Both the position numbers and the translations under genes were made by a program. From positions 1,216,001 to 1,280,000 of the forward strand of contig CAWGLD010000001.1 of NCBI GenBank assembly GCA_963823335.1: 64,000 nt of DNA, written 5' to 3'. Shown here piece by piece: positions 30,557-40,248 of the stretch. The DNA comes from an uncultured delta proteobacterium. GTDB lineage: Bacteria; Desulfobacterota; Desulfobacteria; Desulfobacterales; B30-G6. The stretch's first letter is position 1. Each line of letters starts with the position of its first letter. The notes below the pieces were generated by a model that saw nothing but the letters and a program-made list of their open reading frames with translations, did not search any database and had not been told where the DNA came from.

Positions 30557-31747
30557 ATGTTTATCGATTTTTTCTACAAACTCAAGGAAACCGGTATTCC
30601 GGTAAGCCCGACGGCCTTTTTGACACTCCACAAGGCCTTGAACAGGGGGCTTGTCCGGTCGCTCGATGAATTTTATACGTCCGCCCGCACGATCCTGGTC
30701 AAGAGCGAGCGCTACTTCGATCTGTTCGACCAGGTATTTGCCCACCACTTCAAAGGGGCAGAAATGCCGGACTATGAAGGCTTCGAGTTGGACGAGATGG
30801 CCAGGGCGTTGCTGGAGTCCTGGCTTCAGAATCCCAAGGAGATTGCCGACGCACTTGGTATCGATGAAAAAGAGCTCAAAAATCTCTCACCCGAAGAACT
30901 GATCGAATACTTCAAGGAGCGTCTCAAAGAACAGACCGAGGAACATCACGGGGGCAGCAAGTGGATTGGAACCGGGGGCACATCCCCCGTGGGTCACTCC
31001 GGTTTTCATCCGGGGGGCATGCGGGTGGGCGGGGTGTCACGAAACAGGTCGGCCGTCAAAGTGGCCATGGACAGGCGGTATAAGGATTACTCTCTCAGTG
31101 GCCCTCTGACCCAGGCCATGATGGGTGAGGCCCTGAAAAGGTTGCGCAACCTGGTACCGGTGGGACCCAAGGACCAGGTCAACATCGAAGAGACCATCTA
31201 CCAGACCATGAAGAATGCCGGTGAAATCGATATCGTATTTGACCGGGACTTGAGAGACAGGTTGAAGGTGATTCTTGCCATCGACAACGGTGGCTGGTCC
31301 ATGGATCCATACGTGACGGTGGTTCAGACGCTCTTTGATTACACGCGGGCGCAGTTCAAGGACCTGAAAACCTATTTTTTCCATAACACCATTTACAGCA
31401 CCTTGTGGGAAGATGCGCCCCGCTATAAAAAACCTTTTAGAATAGAGAATTGTATTCGCTTCGATCCGGAAACACGCATCATCATCGTGGGCGATGCCAG
31501 CATGGCGCCCTATGAGCTCATGGCTGCGGATGGTTCCATCCACCTGGAGGAGCGAAGCGGAAAACGGAGTGTTGACTGCCTGCAGTTTCTGGCGGACACC
31601 TTTTCGCATTGTGTCTGGTTGAACCCCATACCTCAAAAAATGTGGAGCTATACCCAGACCATTCTGGCCATCAATAACATCTTCCCCATGTACGAGCTGT
31701 CCATTGACGGTCTGGAAAAGGCCGTTACCCACCTGATGTCCAAATAA
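30557..31747 (+). CDS. VWA-containing partner protein (PA2705-like)
   Basis: HHGGSKWIGTGGTSP, IDNGGWSM, VGDASMAPYEL, WLNP. Confidence 0.85.
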   Translation: MFIDFFYKLKETGIPVSPTAFLTLHKALNRGLVRSLDEFYTSARTILVKSERYFDLFDQVFAHHFKGAEMPDYEGFELDEMARALLESWLQNPKEIADALGIDEKELKNLSPEELIEYFKERLKEQTEEHHGGSKWIGTGGTSPVGHSGFHPGGMRVGGVSRNRSAVKVAMDRRYKDYSLSGPLTQAMMGEALKRLRNLVPVGPKDQVNIEETIYQTMKNAGEIDIVFDRDLRDRLKVILAIDNGGWSMDPYVTVVQTLFDYTRAQFKDLKTYFFHNTIYSTLWEDAPRYKKPFRIENCIRFDPETRIIIVGDASMAPYELMAADGSIHLEERSGKRSVDCLQFLADTFSHCVWLNPIPQKMWSYTQTILAINNIFPMYELSIDGLEKAVTHLMSK

Positions 31748-32328
31748 ATTTATATGCTTTTTCCTAAATTATTCTTGTGCGAATGCAGGCCAATTATTTT
31801 TTCAATGGCCATCGAATTTGATAAACTGGCCTCACCCGCCCAGTATAAAATCAATGCTAACCAATTGATTTATTAGACCGAAGATTTATGGCGTTATGTC
31901 AACTGTCTGGTGTCAATAACGATCCAGCCTTTTGTTACACAATCAACACCTAAGGGGTGCTGTCGGGATTGATGTAATCACCGCTTTTCGGTAATGATAA
32001 AAATTGAAGGCTTATATTGAAATTTTATCCTGGGAGTCTTTTGAATTTCGGATCAATTGCAGAACGGGTGATAACATAAAATTGCAGCTTTCCTAAAATA
32101 GGGTTCGCTGCCTGCTCAATGATGGTATCACAGGTTCGCCTAAACCGTTGATGAGTTGGAGGCTTGAAAACCCCTATCGATAGAGTTGTGGAGACTCCGC
32201 GAGCTACACCCTACGGGCTCGCTCGCCTCCACAACATCTACCTATAGGAAAGGTACCAGCTGTCAGCGATGTGAGGTGCAAGTGTTGGTTTACATGGCAT
32301 TGATAACTGATTCTTTGTACGCGCGGCT

Positions 32329-33252
32329 TCACCCGCCTATGTGAATCGGACCATGCTCTATGTCAGGATCCATTCTCAGCACCATCCGACCGCCAGAAAA
32401 CACTCGCACGTTGCCGTCAGTAGCTGAGACGACGACACCTGTAGCAGCGGTGCGGGCTGTGACAGCAGCGGCCGCGACATGTCGAGCTCCCAAACCGACG
32501 GGCAACTCCACGTCCACCTTGAAGGCTGCCAGGAACACCCCAGCTGTTTGAATGAAGCCATCGCCGCGGACGACGAAGGCACCATCGAGCTTGGATAGCT
32601 CGACTATAGCGTCTTGTATGTCCGGATTCATGATTGTCCGGTTGGCCTTGTCGTGTCCCTTGAATGGATTGGGGATGAGTTGATTGGAGCCTTCAAGCAC
32701 CTTCAGGGAATCGCCAAGCATAAACATGGCGCCGATCCGCTTCCCACGTCTGGCCGCACGGCCAACCTTGCAGGCAATGGCGACAGCGTAGTCGAGGGCC
32801 TTGGGCCGAATTCCATCCGTGAGCTTCACGAGATCAGTAATGACCAGTTCTTCGAGGTCCGGTTCCACCTCGGTTACAACAACCAAGCTTGCCTCACCGG
32901 GGTAGACGTCTTGGCCCACTGCACAGACGACAAGTTCCCCGGCCGAAACGCTGTTCGATTTGAGCGCTACAGAGAGGACATGGCGGATCTGTCTGTGTTT
33001 ATCGATCGCGTGAAGTGGCAGACGTAGTGTCAACAGACCGGCTTTTGTTAGGACATCGTATGTCTCGGGGGTCGCTGTGGCTGCAATGATACGGCATTGA
33101 CCTGGGGAGCCCAGAAGTTGTTGCGCAAAAGCTCCACGTTCGGTTACACAGATGATGGTATGAGCTTTGGCCGCTTCGGCTATGCGGACGACCATTCGAG
33201 CCCGGTCTACGTCAGAACCAATGGTTTCCCCTGGATAATCAGATTTGGTCAA
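32329..33252 (-). CDS. Diadenylate cyclase, CdaZ/DacZ-like (pyruvate-kinase C-terminal-like domain plus DisA_N domain)
   Basis: ELSKLDGAFVV and GLGARHVAAA DAC motifs; N-terminal IICVTERG...IIAAT. Confidence 0.8.
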   Translation of the reverse strand: MTKSDYPGETIGSDVDRARMVVRIAEAAKAHTIICVTERGAFAQQLLGSPGQCRIIAATATPETYDVLTKAGLLTLRLPLHAIDKHRQIRHVLSVALKSNSVSAGELVVCAVGQDVYPGEASLVVVTEVEPDLEELVITDLVKLTDGIRPKALDYAVAIACKVGRAARRGKRIGAMFMLGDSLKVLEGSNQLIPNPFKGHDKANRTIMNPDIQDAIVELSKLDGAFVVRGDGFIQTAGVFLAAFKVDVELPVGLGARHVAAAAVTARTAATGVVVSATDGNVRVFSGGRMVLRMDPDIEHGPIHIGG

Positions 33253-33897
33253 ATTTCCCTCATCAGCGACGTGCTACGTAGCAGATCATTCACCTAATAA
33301 TCAATTATACGAATCTGGATATCTTATCAAGTTAAAACAGGAAACGTGTTTCAATAAAGATAAATGAATATTATGTATTGGGAATGGAAATAAAAAAGGT
33401 TAAGGACAAGGCAGATATTAGATCAGCACAGGTAACTATGGTGAGAATCGCATTCAGGTCAGATGTGATTTAAGTGCGCTGATGGATAGATAGATTATTT
33501 TATTGAGTGGGTCAAGTTTTGCCATCTCCACAAGTGCAGATAGATGGAGAACATCGTGCCTTTTCGCGCACGAAAATAACTGTTTCCGATGTATGTTATC
33601 ACCACCGGCTACCACGAACACTCTGTTACTGAGACCGGTGCCGATAAAGATTACAGCAAATCTGGAGAATCTCTCCCGGTTTGGACTTTATGATTGGATA
33701 CGTCAACGATCCAGAAGAACTGACAACGTGACCAAATCTATACAGGACAAGCGCTCCCTGCGGCAGAAGACTCCTTCAGTTGTGAAATGCCATTCTTTTC
33801 AGATTGGGGTTTTCATAGAGGAATCAGAAGAGACCCTATAGATAGAGGAAGAGGAGAAATAACCTTTGAAGTGTCATCACGTCGTTAATTAGATATG

Positions 33898-34692
33898 CTA
33901 ACGCAGCAATGCGTTTGTGACGCCAAAAAGGCGCCGGGCATTGTTGCATGTTACATCGGCCAGATTCTCAGGATCCATATCACGGATTTCGGCCAGTTTG
34001 AGCAGTACGGATTTAACAAAAGCAGGTTCGTTTCTGCGGGATTGGTTTTTCTGAGGAGCCGGTGTCAGATACGGCGCATCGGTTTCGATAAGCAGTCTTT
34101 CCAAAGGGACATATCCCACCAGATTTCGCAAGTCAATTCCCCGTTTTTGGAGGGTCAGAATACCGGTGATGCCGATGTAATACCCCAGGTCGAGATAGTC
34201 ACCCAGTTCGGAGCGGTTGCCGCTGAAGCAGTGAACCACGCCGCGGCGATTCTCATTGGGATGTTTCTTCAGTATTTCCAGTAGTCGTCCATGGCTGTCC
34301 CGTTCATGCAGGATGAGGGGCAGCCGTTCTTCATCTGCTGCCTGAATTTGTCGAACAAACCACTTCTCCTGATCTTCTTTGGGGGAATACATGCGGTTGA
34401 AATCGAGACCGGTTTCCCCCCAGGCACAGGCCCTGGGATTTCCTGCCAGGTCTGCCAGCCTTTTCATGACCCGGTCTGAACAGGATGACGCCCGATGCGG
34501 GTGAACACCGACGGATGCATATACACCATCGAATTTTTCGGCGATTTCAATGGCACGGACAGAGGTTTTCAGGTCAACACCCACGGTCATCATTTTTTCG
34601 ATGCCGTTCTGTTTTGCGCGCTGTATCACGGCTTCCAGGTCGCCTTGATAGGAGCGGTCGTCCAGATGGCAATGGCTGTCAAAAAGTTTCAT
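33898..34692 (-). CDS. tatD: TatD-family DNase
   Basis: DSHCH, GVHPH, GETGLD, HCFSG, ETDAPY. Confidence 0.95.
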   Translation of the reverse strand: MKLFDSHCHLDDRSYQGDLEAVIQRAKQNGIEKMMTVGVDLKTSVRAIEIAEKFDGVYASVGVHPHRASSCSDRVMKRLADLAGNPRACAWGETGLDFNRMYSPKEDQEKWFVRQIQAADEERLPLILHERDSHGRLLEILKKHPNENRRGVVHCFSGNRSELGDYLDLGYYIGITGILTLQKRGIDLRNLVGYVPLERLLIETDAPYLTPAPQKNQSRRNEPAFVKSVLLKLAEIRDMDPENLADVTCNNARRLFGVTNALLR

Positions 34693-34903
34693 GCGCTGGT
34701 TCCGATCATAGAATCGTTTTTCGATACTTGTTGTTAATATTGAAAACAGCGCCTGCGATCAAGCAATAAATACTTCAGGCACTTTTATAGCGCCAATCAT
34801 AAAATGTTGAACCGATTTTATCGGTTGCTTTCGTTATGAGTATATGATTAGCTTAAAGGTCGTAATAAACTTGCATTATTAGGAAATAATCCTGGAGGTT
34901 ACT

Positions 34904-35737
34904 ATGTTTAAAATTGTCAAACGAGAGGAGATGGCCGAAGGTACGGTCATACTCAATGAAATAGAAGCACCCGCCATTGCCAAAAAGGCCAAGCCCGGCC
35001 AATTCGTTATTCTGAAAGCCAATGAAACCGGTGAACGCATACCGCTCACCATGGCGGAAGCCGACCCTGAAGCAGGCACGATTACCGTTATCTATATGGT
35101 GGTGGGAAAATCCACGGCTCTTTTCAGGGATCTAAAGGTCGGTGATGGGTATCAAGATGTCATCGGGCCCCTGGGTAAAGCGACCCATCTCGAAAAACTG
35201 GGCAAGGTCATCTGCGTCGGAGGGGGAACAGGTGTTGCCGTTCTGCATCCAATTACTAGAGCGCTCAAGGAGATCGGCAACCAGGTGACCTGTATCATCG
35301 GGGCCAGGACCAAAGATCTGCTGATTATGGAAGCGCAGATGAAATCGGCATCACATGACCTGCGTGTTTGCACGGATGATGGCTCATATGGGCACCACGG
35401 ATTCGTGACCGAGGTCATGAAAGAGATTCTGGATGAAGGGGATGTCAAGCTTGTGGTAGCCATCGGTCCGGTGCCCATGATGAAAGCCACCTCCAACATC
35501 ACCAAAGCTTACAATGTCAAGACTATGGTCAGTCTGAATCCGATCATGATTGACGGGACGGGCATGTGTGGTGGCTGCCGTGTAACCGTTGGTGGCAAGA
35601 CGCGTTTCGCCTGCGTGGACGGGCCTGAATTCGATGGCCATGAAGTCAACTTCGACGAGCTGATGCTTCGTCTGCAGGCTTACAACGAAGACGAGAAAAA
35701 GAGCCATGAGCACTATTGTACGGTGAGAGGAACCTGA
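34904..35737 (+). CDS. nfnA: Electron-bifurcating transhydrogenase small subunit
   Basis: ERIPLT, GPLG, MIDGTGMCGGCRV...CVDGPEF. Confidence 0.9.
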   Translation: MFKIVKREEMAEGTVILNEIEAPAIAKKAKPGQFVILKANETGERIPLTMAEADPEAGTITVIYMVVGKSTALFRDLKVGDGYQDVIGPLGKATHLEKLGKVICVGGGTGVAVLHPITRALKEIGNQVTCIIGARTKDLLIMEAQMKSASHDLRVCTDDGSYGHHGFVTEVMKEILDEGDVKLVVAIGPVPMMKATSNITKAYNVKTMVSLNPIMIDGTGMCGGCRVTVGGKTRFACVDGPEFDGHEVNFDELMLRLQAYNEDEKKSHEHYCTVRGT

Positions 35738-35849
35738 TGCCCGTGAACAGTGAAGAACAGCGCGGCCGGCCACGGGGAATGCGTTTGATGGTGCGCTGTT
35801 AAGCTTTTGCAGATTTAAATTTGATTGGTTTTTTAGGACGGGGGAGATT

Positions 35850-37271
35850 ATGGGAGTGACGGAAGAAAAAGCGGTTAAAAAAGAAAAAGTACCCAGGCAA
35901 CCGATGCCCGAACAGGAACCGGCCATCAGGGCCAGAAATTTCGAGGAAGTACCCCTGGGTCAGGACCCTGACGTGGCCATTTTAGAAGCGTCCCGGTGTC
36001 TGCAATGCAAGAAGCCGGCCTGTGTAGATGGTTGCCCGGTGGAAGTCGATATTCCCGGGTTTATAAGCTTGGTCAAGGAAGGGGATTTCACGGGTGCCAT
36101 CAAAAAGATCTGGGAAAAGAACGCGCTCCCCGCGGTTTGCGGGCGGGTATGCCCCCAGGAAATACAGTGTGAAGGAAAATGCATTGTGGGGAAAAAGGGT
36201 GAGCCCGTGGCCATTGGGAACCTGGAGCGGTTCGTGGCTGATTATGAACGAAAACATAAAAAAGCAGAACTGCCATTAAAGGCTGCGCCTACAGGCAAAA
36301 AGGTTGCTGTGGTGGGATCCGGCCCATCCGGTTTGACGGTGGCTGGTGATTTGATTCTCAAAGGCCATGATGTCACGATTTTTGAGGCATTTCACAAGCC
36401 TGGTGGCGTTCTGGTTTACGGTATCCCGGAGTTCAGGTTGCCCAAGGAAATCGTTTTCTCAGAAGTGGCGGGACTCGAGGAACTCGGGGCCAAATTGGAT
36501 TGCAATGCGGTCGTGGGAAGATCTGTAACCGTGGAAGAATTGTTTGAACAGGGTTATGATGCTGTCTTTCTGGGAGTCGGGGCAGGATTGCCCAGATTCT
36601 TAAATGTACCGGGCGAGAACCTGATTGGCATCTTCTCGGCCAATGAATACCTGACCCGCTCCAACCTCATGAAGGCCTACCTTTTCCCTAAATATGATAC
36701 ACCGGTTATCCAGGGGAAAACGGTTGTTACCCTGGGTGCCGGAAATGTTGCCATGGACTCGGCCCGTACAGCATTGAGGCTGGGTGCGGAAAGATCGCTC
36801 ATTGTCTACAGGCGTTCGCGCGAGGAAGTTCCGGCCAGGACGGCGGAGGTTCACCATGCGGAACAAGAGGGGGTCGAATTTCATTTTCTCACAGCGCCAA
36901 CCCGTTTTATGGGTAACGAAAAAGGGCGTGTCGTGGGTATGGAAGGATTGAAAATGGAACTCGGTGAACCCGACGCATCGGGCCGGCGCCGGCCGATTCC
37001 CATAGAAGGTTCGGAGTTTGAAATGGAATGCGACCTGGTCATCATTGCCGTGGGTGCCAACGCCAACCCGTTGTTGACCCGTTCCACAGAAGGACTGAAA
37101 CTCAACCAGTGGGGATACATCGTGGCGGATGAAACCACCGGCAAGACCAGCAAAAAAGGAGTCTGGGCCGGCGGCGATATCGTGACGGGTTCGGCTACCG
37201 TTATCCTGGCCATGGGTGCCGGCAGGGCCGCAGCCAATTCTATTCATGATTATCTCACCTGGGGCTGGTAA
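35850..37271 (+). CDS. nfnB: Electron-bifurcating transhydrogenase large subunit (GltD-like)
   Basis: RCLQCKKPACVDGCPV, CGRVCPQEIQCE, GSGPSGL, GAGNVAMD; adjacent to nfnA. Confidence 0.9.
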   Translation: MGVTEEKAVKKEKVPRQPMPEQEPAIRARNFEEVPLGQDPDVAILEASRCLQCKKPACVDGCPVEVDIPGFISLVKEGDFTGAIKKIWEKNALPAVCGRVCPQEIQCEGKCIVGKKGEPVAIGNLERFVADYERKHKKAELPLKAAPTGKKVAVVGSGPSGLTVAGDLILKGHDVTIFEAFHKPGGVLVYGIPEFRLPKEIVFSEVAGLEELGAKLDCNAVVGRSVTVEELFEQGYDAVFLGVGAGLPRFLNVPGENLIGIFSANEYLTRSNLMKAYLFPKYDTPVIQGKTVVTLGAGNVAMDSARTALRLGAERSLIVYRRSREEVPARTAEVHHAEQEGVEFHFLTAPTRFMGNEKGRVVGMEGLKMELGEPDASGRRRPIPIEGSEFEMECDLVIIAVGANANPLLTRSTEGLKLNQWGYIVADETTGKTSKKGVWAGGDIVTGSATVILAMGAGRAAANSIHDYLTWGW

Positions 37272-37291
37272 CCCTATTTGAGGAAAAAGGC

Positions 37292-37320
37292 TTGACAGGT
37301 AAAATTGAAAGACGTTTAAT
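37292..37320 (+). promoter_or_regulatory. Putative sigma70 promoter of the thiBPQN leader
   Basis: TTGACA-N17-TTTAAT. Confidence 0.6.
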
Positions 37321-37344
37321 AAAAACATAATACGTTATTAAAGA

Positions 37345-37450
37345 AGGCTAGTCGGGAGCTCGAGAAATCGGGCTGAGAGGGATCCTGGAAGATAAATGGA
37401 TCCGACCGTTGAACCTGATCCGGATAATGCCGGTGGAGGAATTAAGGCCA
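37345..37450 (+). ncRNA. TPP riboswitch
   Basis: GGGAGC...GCTGAGAG...GACCGTTGAACCTGATCCGGATAATGCCGG upstream of thiamine ABC genes. Confidence 0.95.
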
Positions 37451-37457
37451 TGCACAC

Positions 37458-37483
37458 AACGCCCTCTGCTGAGGGCGTTTTTT
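37458..37483 (+). terminator. Intrinsic terminator (riboswitch expression platform)
   Basis: AACGCCCTC-TGCT-GAGGGCGTT-TTTT. Confidence 0.85.
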
Positions 37484-37545
37484 ATTCCTTCCCTATTTTT
37501 CCAATCGGGTTCCTGACGGCGTAAAAACCCCGGCGGGAGGTAAAC

Positions 37546-38589
37546 ATGTGGAATTCCAGGACCCTGATGGTATGCATACTGCTTCTTTTGTCCGCGGGTG
37601 TCGCGGATGCAAAGGAGAAAACACCCTTCGTAACATTGATGACCCATGACAGTTTTGCGGTCAGCCAGGCGCTTCTTGACGATTTTGAAAAAAAGTATGG
37701 TGCTGAAATCAAAATTATCAAAAGCGGGGATGCCGGTGCGGCTCTGAATCAGGCCATACTCTCGAGAAAAAATCCCCTGGCGGACGTGTTTTACGGTGTA
37801 GACAACACCTTTATGAGTCGTGCCTTATCCTCGGATATTTTTGAACCCTACGAATCCCCATTTCTCAGGGATATCCCGTATTCGCTGAAACTGGACCCAT
37901 CCAACAGACTGCTTCCTGTGGATTACGGGGATGTCTGTCTGAATTATGACAAGTCATGGTTCGCAAGAAAACGACTGGCACCGCCAAGCGGGTTGGACGA
38001 TTTGATTTTGCCGGCCTATAAAGGGTTGTCTGTTGTTCAGAATCCTGCCACCTCATCACCGGGGCTGGCCTTTTTAATCACCACCGTGGGGAAATATGGT
38101 GCGTCGGGCTACATGGGTTTCTGGAAGAAATTGCGTGCCAATGATGTTTATGTCACGGCAGGGTGGTCAGAGGCCTACTATGGGAAGTTTGTGCGTGCCA
38201 AAGGAGGCACACGGCCCATCGTGGTCAGTTATGCCAGCAGCCCTGCAGCCGAAGTCTATTACAGTGAAAGCAAACTGGCCGATACACCCACGGCGGGTGT
38301 TTTGGGTGCCGGGTCCGCCTTTCGGCAGATTGAATTTGTCGGAATTTTAAAAAATACGGCCAAGAAAGAGCTGGCCCAGAAATTGATCGATTTCATGTTG
38401 AGTCCTGAATTTCAAAAGGACATTCCCCTGCATATGTGGGTTTTTCCCGCAAATCCGGAAACACCCCTCCCGGATGTATTTCTCAAATATGCCCAAAAGG
38501 CCGAGTATCCTATCACGCTCTTGCCTGAAACAATCGAGAATGGCCGGGAAAAATGGATCGAGGCCTGGACAGATGTGGTTTTGAGATGA
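37546..38589 (+). CDS. thiB: Thiamine ABC transporter substrate-binding protein
   Basis: MTHDSF, GVDNT, DYGDVCLNYD, NPATSSPG, VVSYASSP. Confidence 0.95.
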   Translation: MWNSRTLMVCILLLLSAGVADAKEKTPFVTLMTHDSFAVSQALLDDFEKKYGAEIKIIKSGDAGAALNQAILSRKNPLADVFYGVDNTFMSRALSSDIFEPYESPFLRDIPYSLKLDPSNRLLPVDYGDVCLNYDKSWFARKRLAPPSGLDDLILPAYKGLSVVQNPATSSPGLAFLITTVGKYGASGYMGFWKKLRANDVYVTAGWSEAYYGKFVRAKGGTRPIVVSYASSPAAEVYYSESKLADTPTAGVLGAGSAFRQIEFVGILKNTAKKELAQKLIDFMLSPEFQKDIPLHMWVFPANPETPLPDVFLKYAQKAEYPITLLPETIENGREKWIEAWTDVVLR

Positions 38590-40247
38590 AATCCCGTTTC
38601 CAGACATGGCTGTTGTTGCCGCCACTTCTTTTTCTGGGTGTTTTTTATTTTTATCCCCTCGCCAGCATTTTTTTCTTGAGCTTTATGCCCGAGGGGGCAT
38701 TCGATGCCACCAGGCTGTACAAACTTGTCAGCACCAGCTATTATGCCGGTGTTCTCTGGTTTACCATCTGGCAGGCGTCCATATCGACCCTTTTGACGGT
38801 CATCGTTGCCCTGCCGGGGGCCTATGTCTTTGCACGTTACGATTTTAAAGGAAAAACCCTGCTTCAAAATCTGACAACCATTCCCTTTGTACTTCCGACG
38901 GTTGTCACTGCTGCTGCTTTCCATGCGCTGCTGGGACCCAGGGGACTGGTCAACATGATCCTCATGCGTCTTTTCCATCTGGAAACCCCTGTACTCCATA
39001 TGGATCAGACCGTCTGGTTTTTTCTGTTGGCGCATGTTTTTTATAACTACACCGTGATTTTGCGGATTGTGGGCGGGTTCTGGTCTCGGTTGCCAAAAAA
39101 TCTTACGGAATCAGCGCGAATGCTCGGTGCTTCCGACACAAAGGTTTTTTTTACCATTATCCTGCCGCTACTCAAACCGGCTATTCTGGCGGCGTCTCTG
39201 CTGGTGTTTGTCTTCTGCTTTACCAGTTTCGGTGTCGTTCTGATTCTGGGGGGACCCCGTTTTGCGACGGTTGAGGTGGAGATATACCGCCAGGCGCTTC
39301 ATCTTTTCAATCTACCCATGGCATCGGCACTGGCATTGATTCAAATAGCATTTACTTTTGGTATGATAGCCGTATATACCCGGCTCGAACGGAAGGTGGC
39401 TGTTTCCCTGACCCTGCCGGGCTCCCAAAGCCTCAACCAAAAGATACAGACACCCAAAGAACGTTTCTTTGTGGTGGCCAATCTTTTTGGGATGGCTGTG
39501 CTGCTGGGCGCGCCTCTAATGGCGCTGCTTGTCAAATCGGTACTCACTGAAGAGGGTCCGAGCCTTGTCTACTATGCCAGCCTGCTGGAAAACAAAACAG
39601 ACTCCATATTGTATGTCGCGCCGATAGCGGCCATTGCCAACTCTCTGGGATATGCCCTTGGCGCCACACTTATTGCACTGATACTGGGTTGGTTTTCGGC
39701 GGCGTTTCTGGTGGGTTCCAAAAGAAAATGGGCGCTGGTATTCGATCCGCTATTTATGCTGCCCTTGTCGACATCTGCCATTACCCTCGGTTTTGGTTTT
39801 GTTATCGCCCTGGACGAGCCACCCTTAAACCTACGAACATCCATATTGCTGCCTGCCATTGCCCATGCCATGGTGGCATTTCCTTTTGTGATTCGGAGCC
39901 TTCTTCCGGCCTGGCGGAGCATTCCCCAGAACTTGAGGGATGCCGCAGCCCTTTTGGGTGCTTCCCCGCTTCGGGTCTGGGCTAGCATTGACTGGCCGAT
40001 TCTGAGGCGAGCCCTCCTGGTGGGAGCTGTTTTTGCTTTTGCCATCAGTATGGGTGAATTTGGTGCCACAGTATTTGTCGTGCGCCCCCAGACACCCACC
40101 CTGCCATTGGCTATTTTCCGGTATTTGAGTCATCCCGGATCGTTGAACTATGGCCAGGCCATGGCCATGAGTTGTCTGCTGATGATCACCACCGCCGTGG
40201 CTTTCCTGTTTCTTGAAAGTATTAGACCGCGCCCGGAGGGGGGCTAA
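38586..40247 (+). CDS. thiP: Thiamine ABC transporter permease
   Basis: Two permease halves; PFVLPTVV, AHVFYN, SMGEFGA. Confidence 0.92.
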   Translation: MKSRFQTWLLLPPLLFLGVFYFYPLASIFFLSFMPEGAFDATRLYKLVSTSYYAGVLWFTIWQASISTLLTVIVALPGAYVFARYDFKGKTLLQNLTTIPFVLPTVVTAAAFHALLGPRGLVNMILMRLFHLETPVLHMDQTVWFFLLAHVFYNYTVILRIVGGFWSRLPKNLTESARMLGASDTKVFFTIILPLLKPAILAASLLVFVFCFTSFGVVLILGGPRFATVEVEIYRQALHLFNLPMASALALIQIAFTFGMIAVYTRLERKVAVSLTLPGSQSLNQKIQTPKERFFVVANLFGMAVLLGAPLMALLVKSVLTEEGPSLVYYASLLENKTDSILYVAPIAAIANSLGYALGATLIALILGWFSAAFLVGSKRKWALVFDPLFMLPLSTSAITLGFGFVIALDEPPLNLRTSILLPAIAHAMVAFPFVIRSLLPAWRSIPQNLRDAAALLGASPLRVWASIDWPILRRALLVGAVFAFAISMGEFGATVFVVRPQTPTLPLAIFRYLSHPGSLNYGQAMAMSCLLMITTAVAFLFLESIRPRPEGG

Positions 40248-40248
40248 A

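Noticed and set aside
33503-33841. 112-aa ORF or transposase remnant
   Set aside because: No recognisable motif or convincing RBS.
35850-37271. Glutamate synthase small subunit
   Set aside because: No gltB is nearby; pairing with the PyrK-like gene indicates NfnAB.
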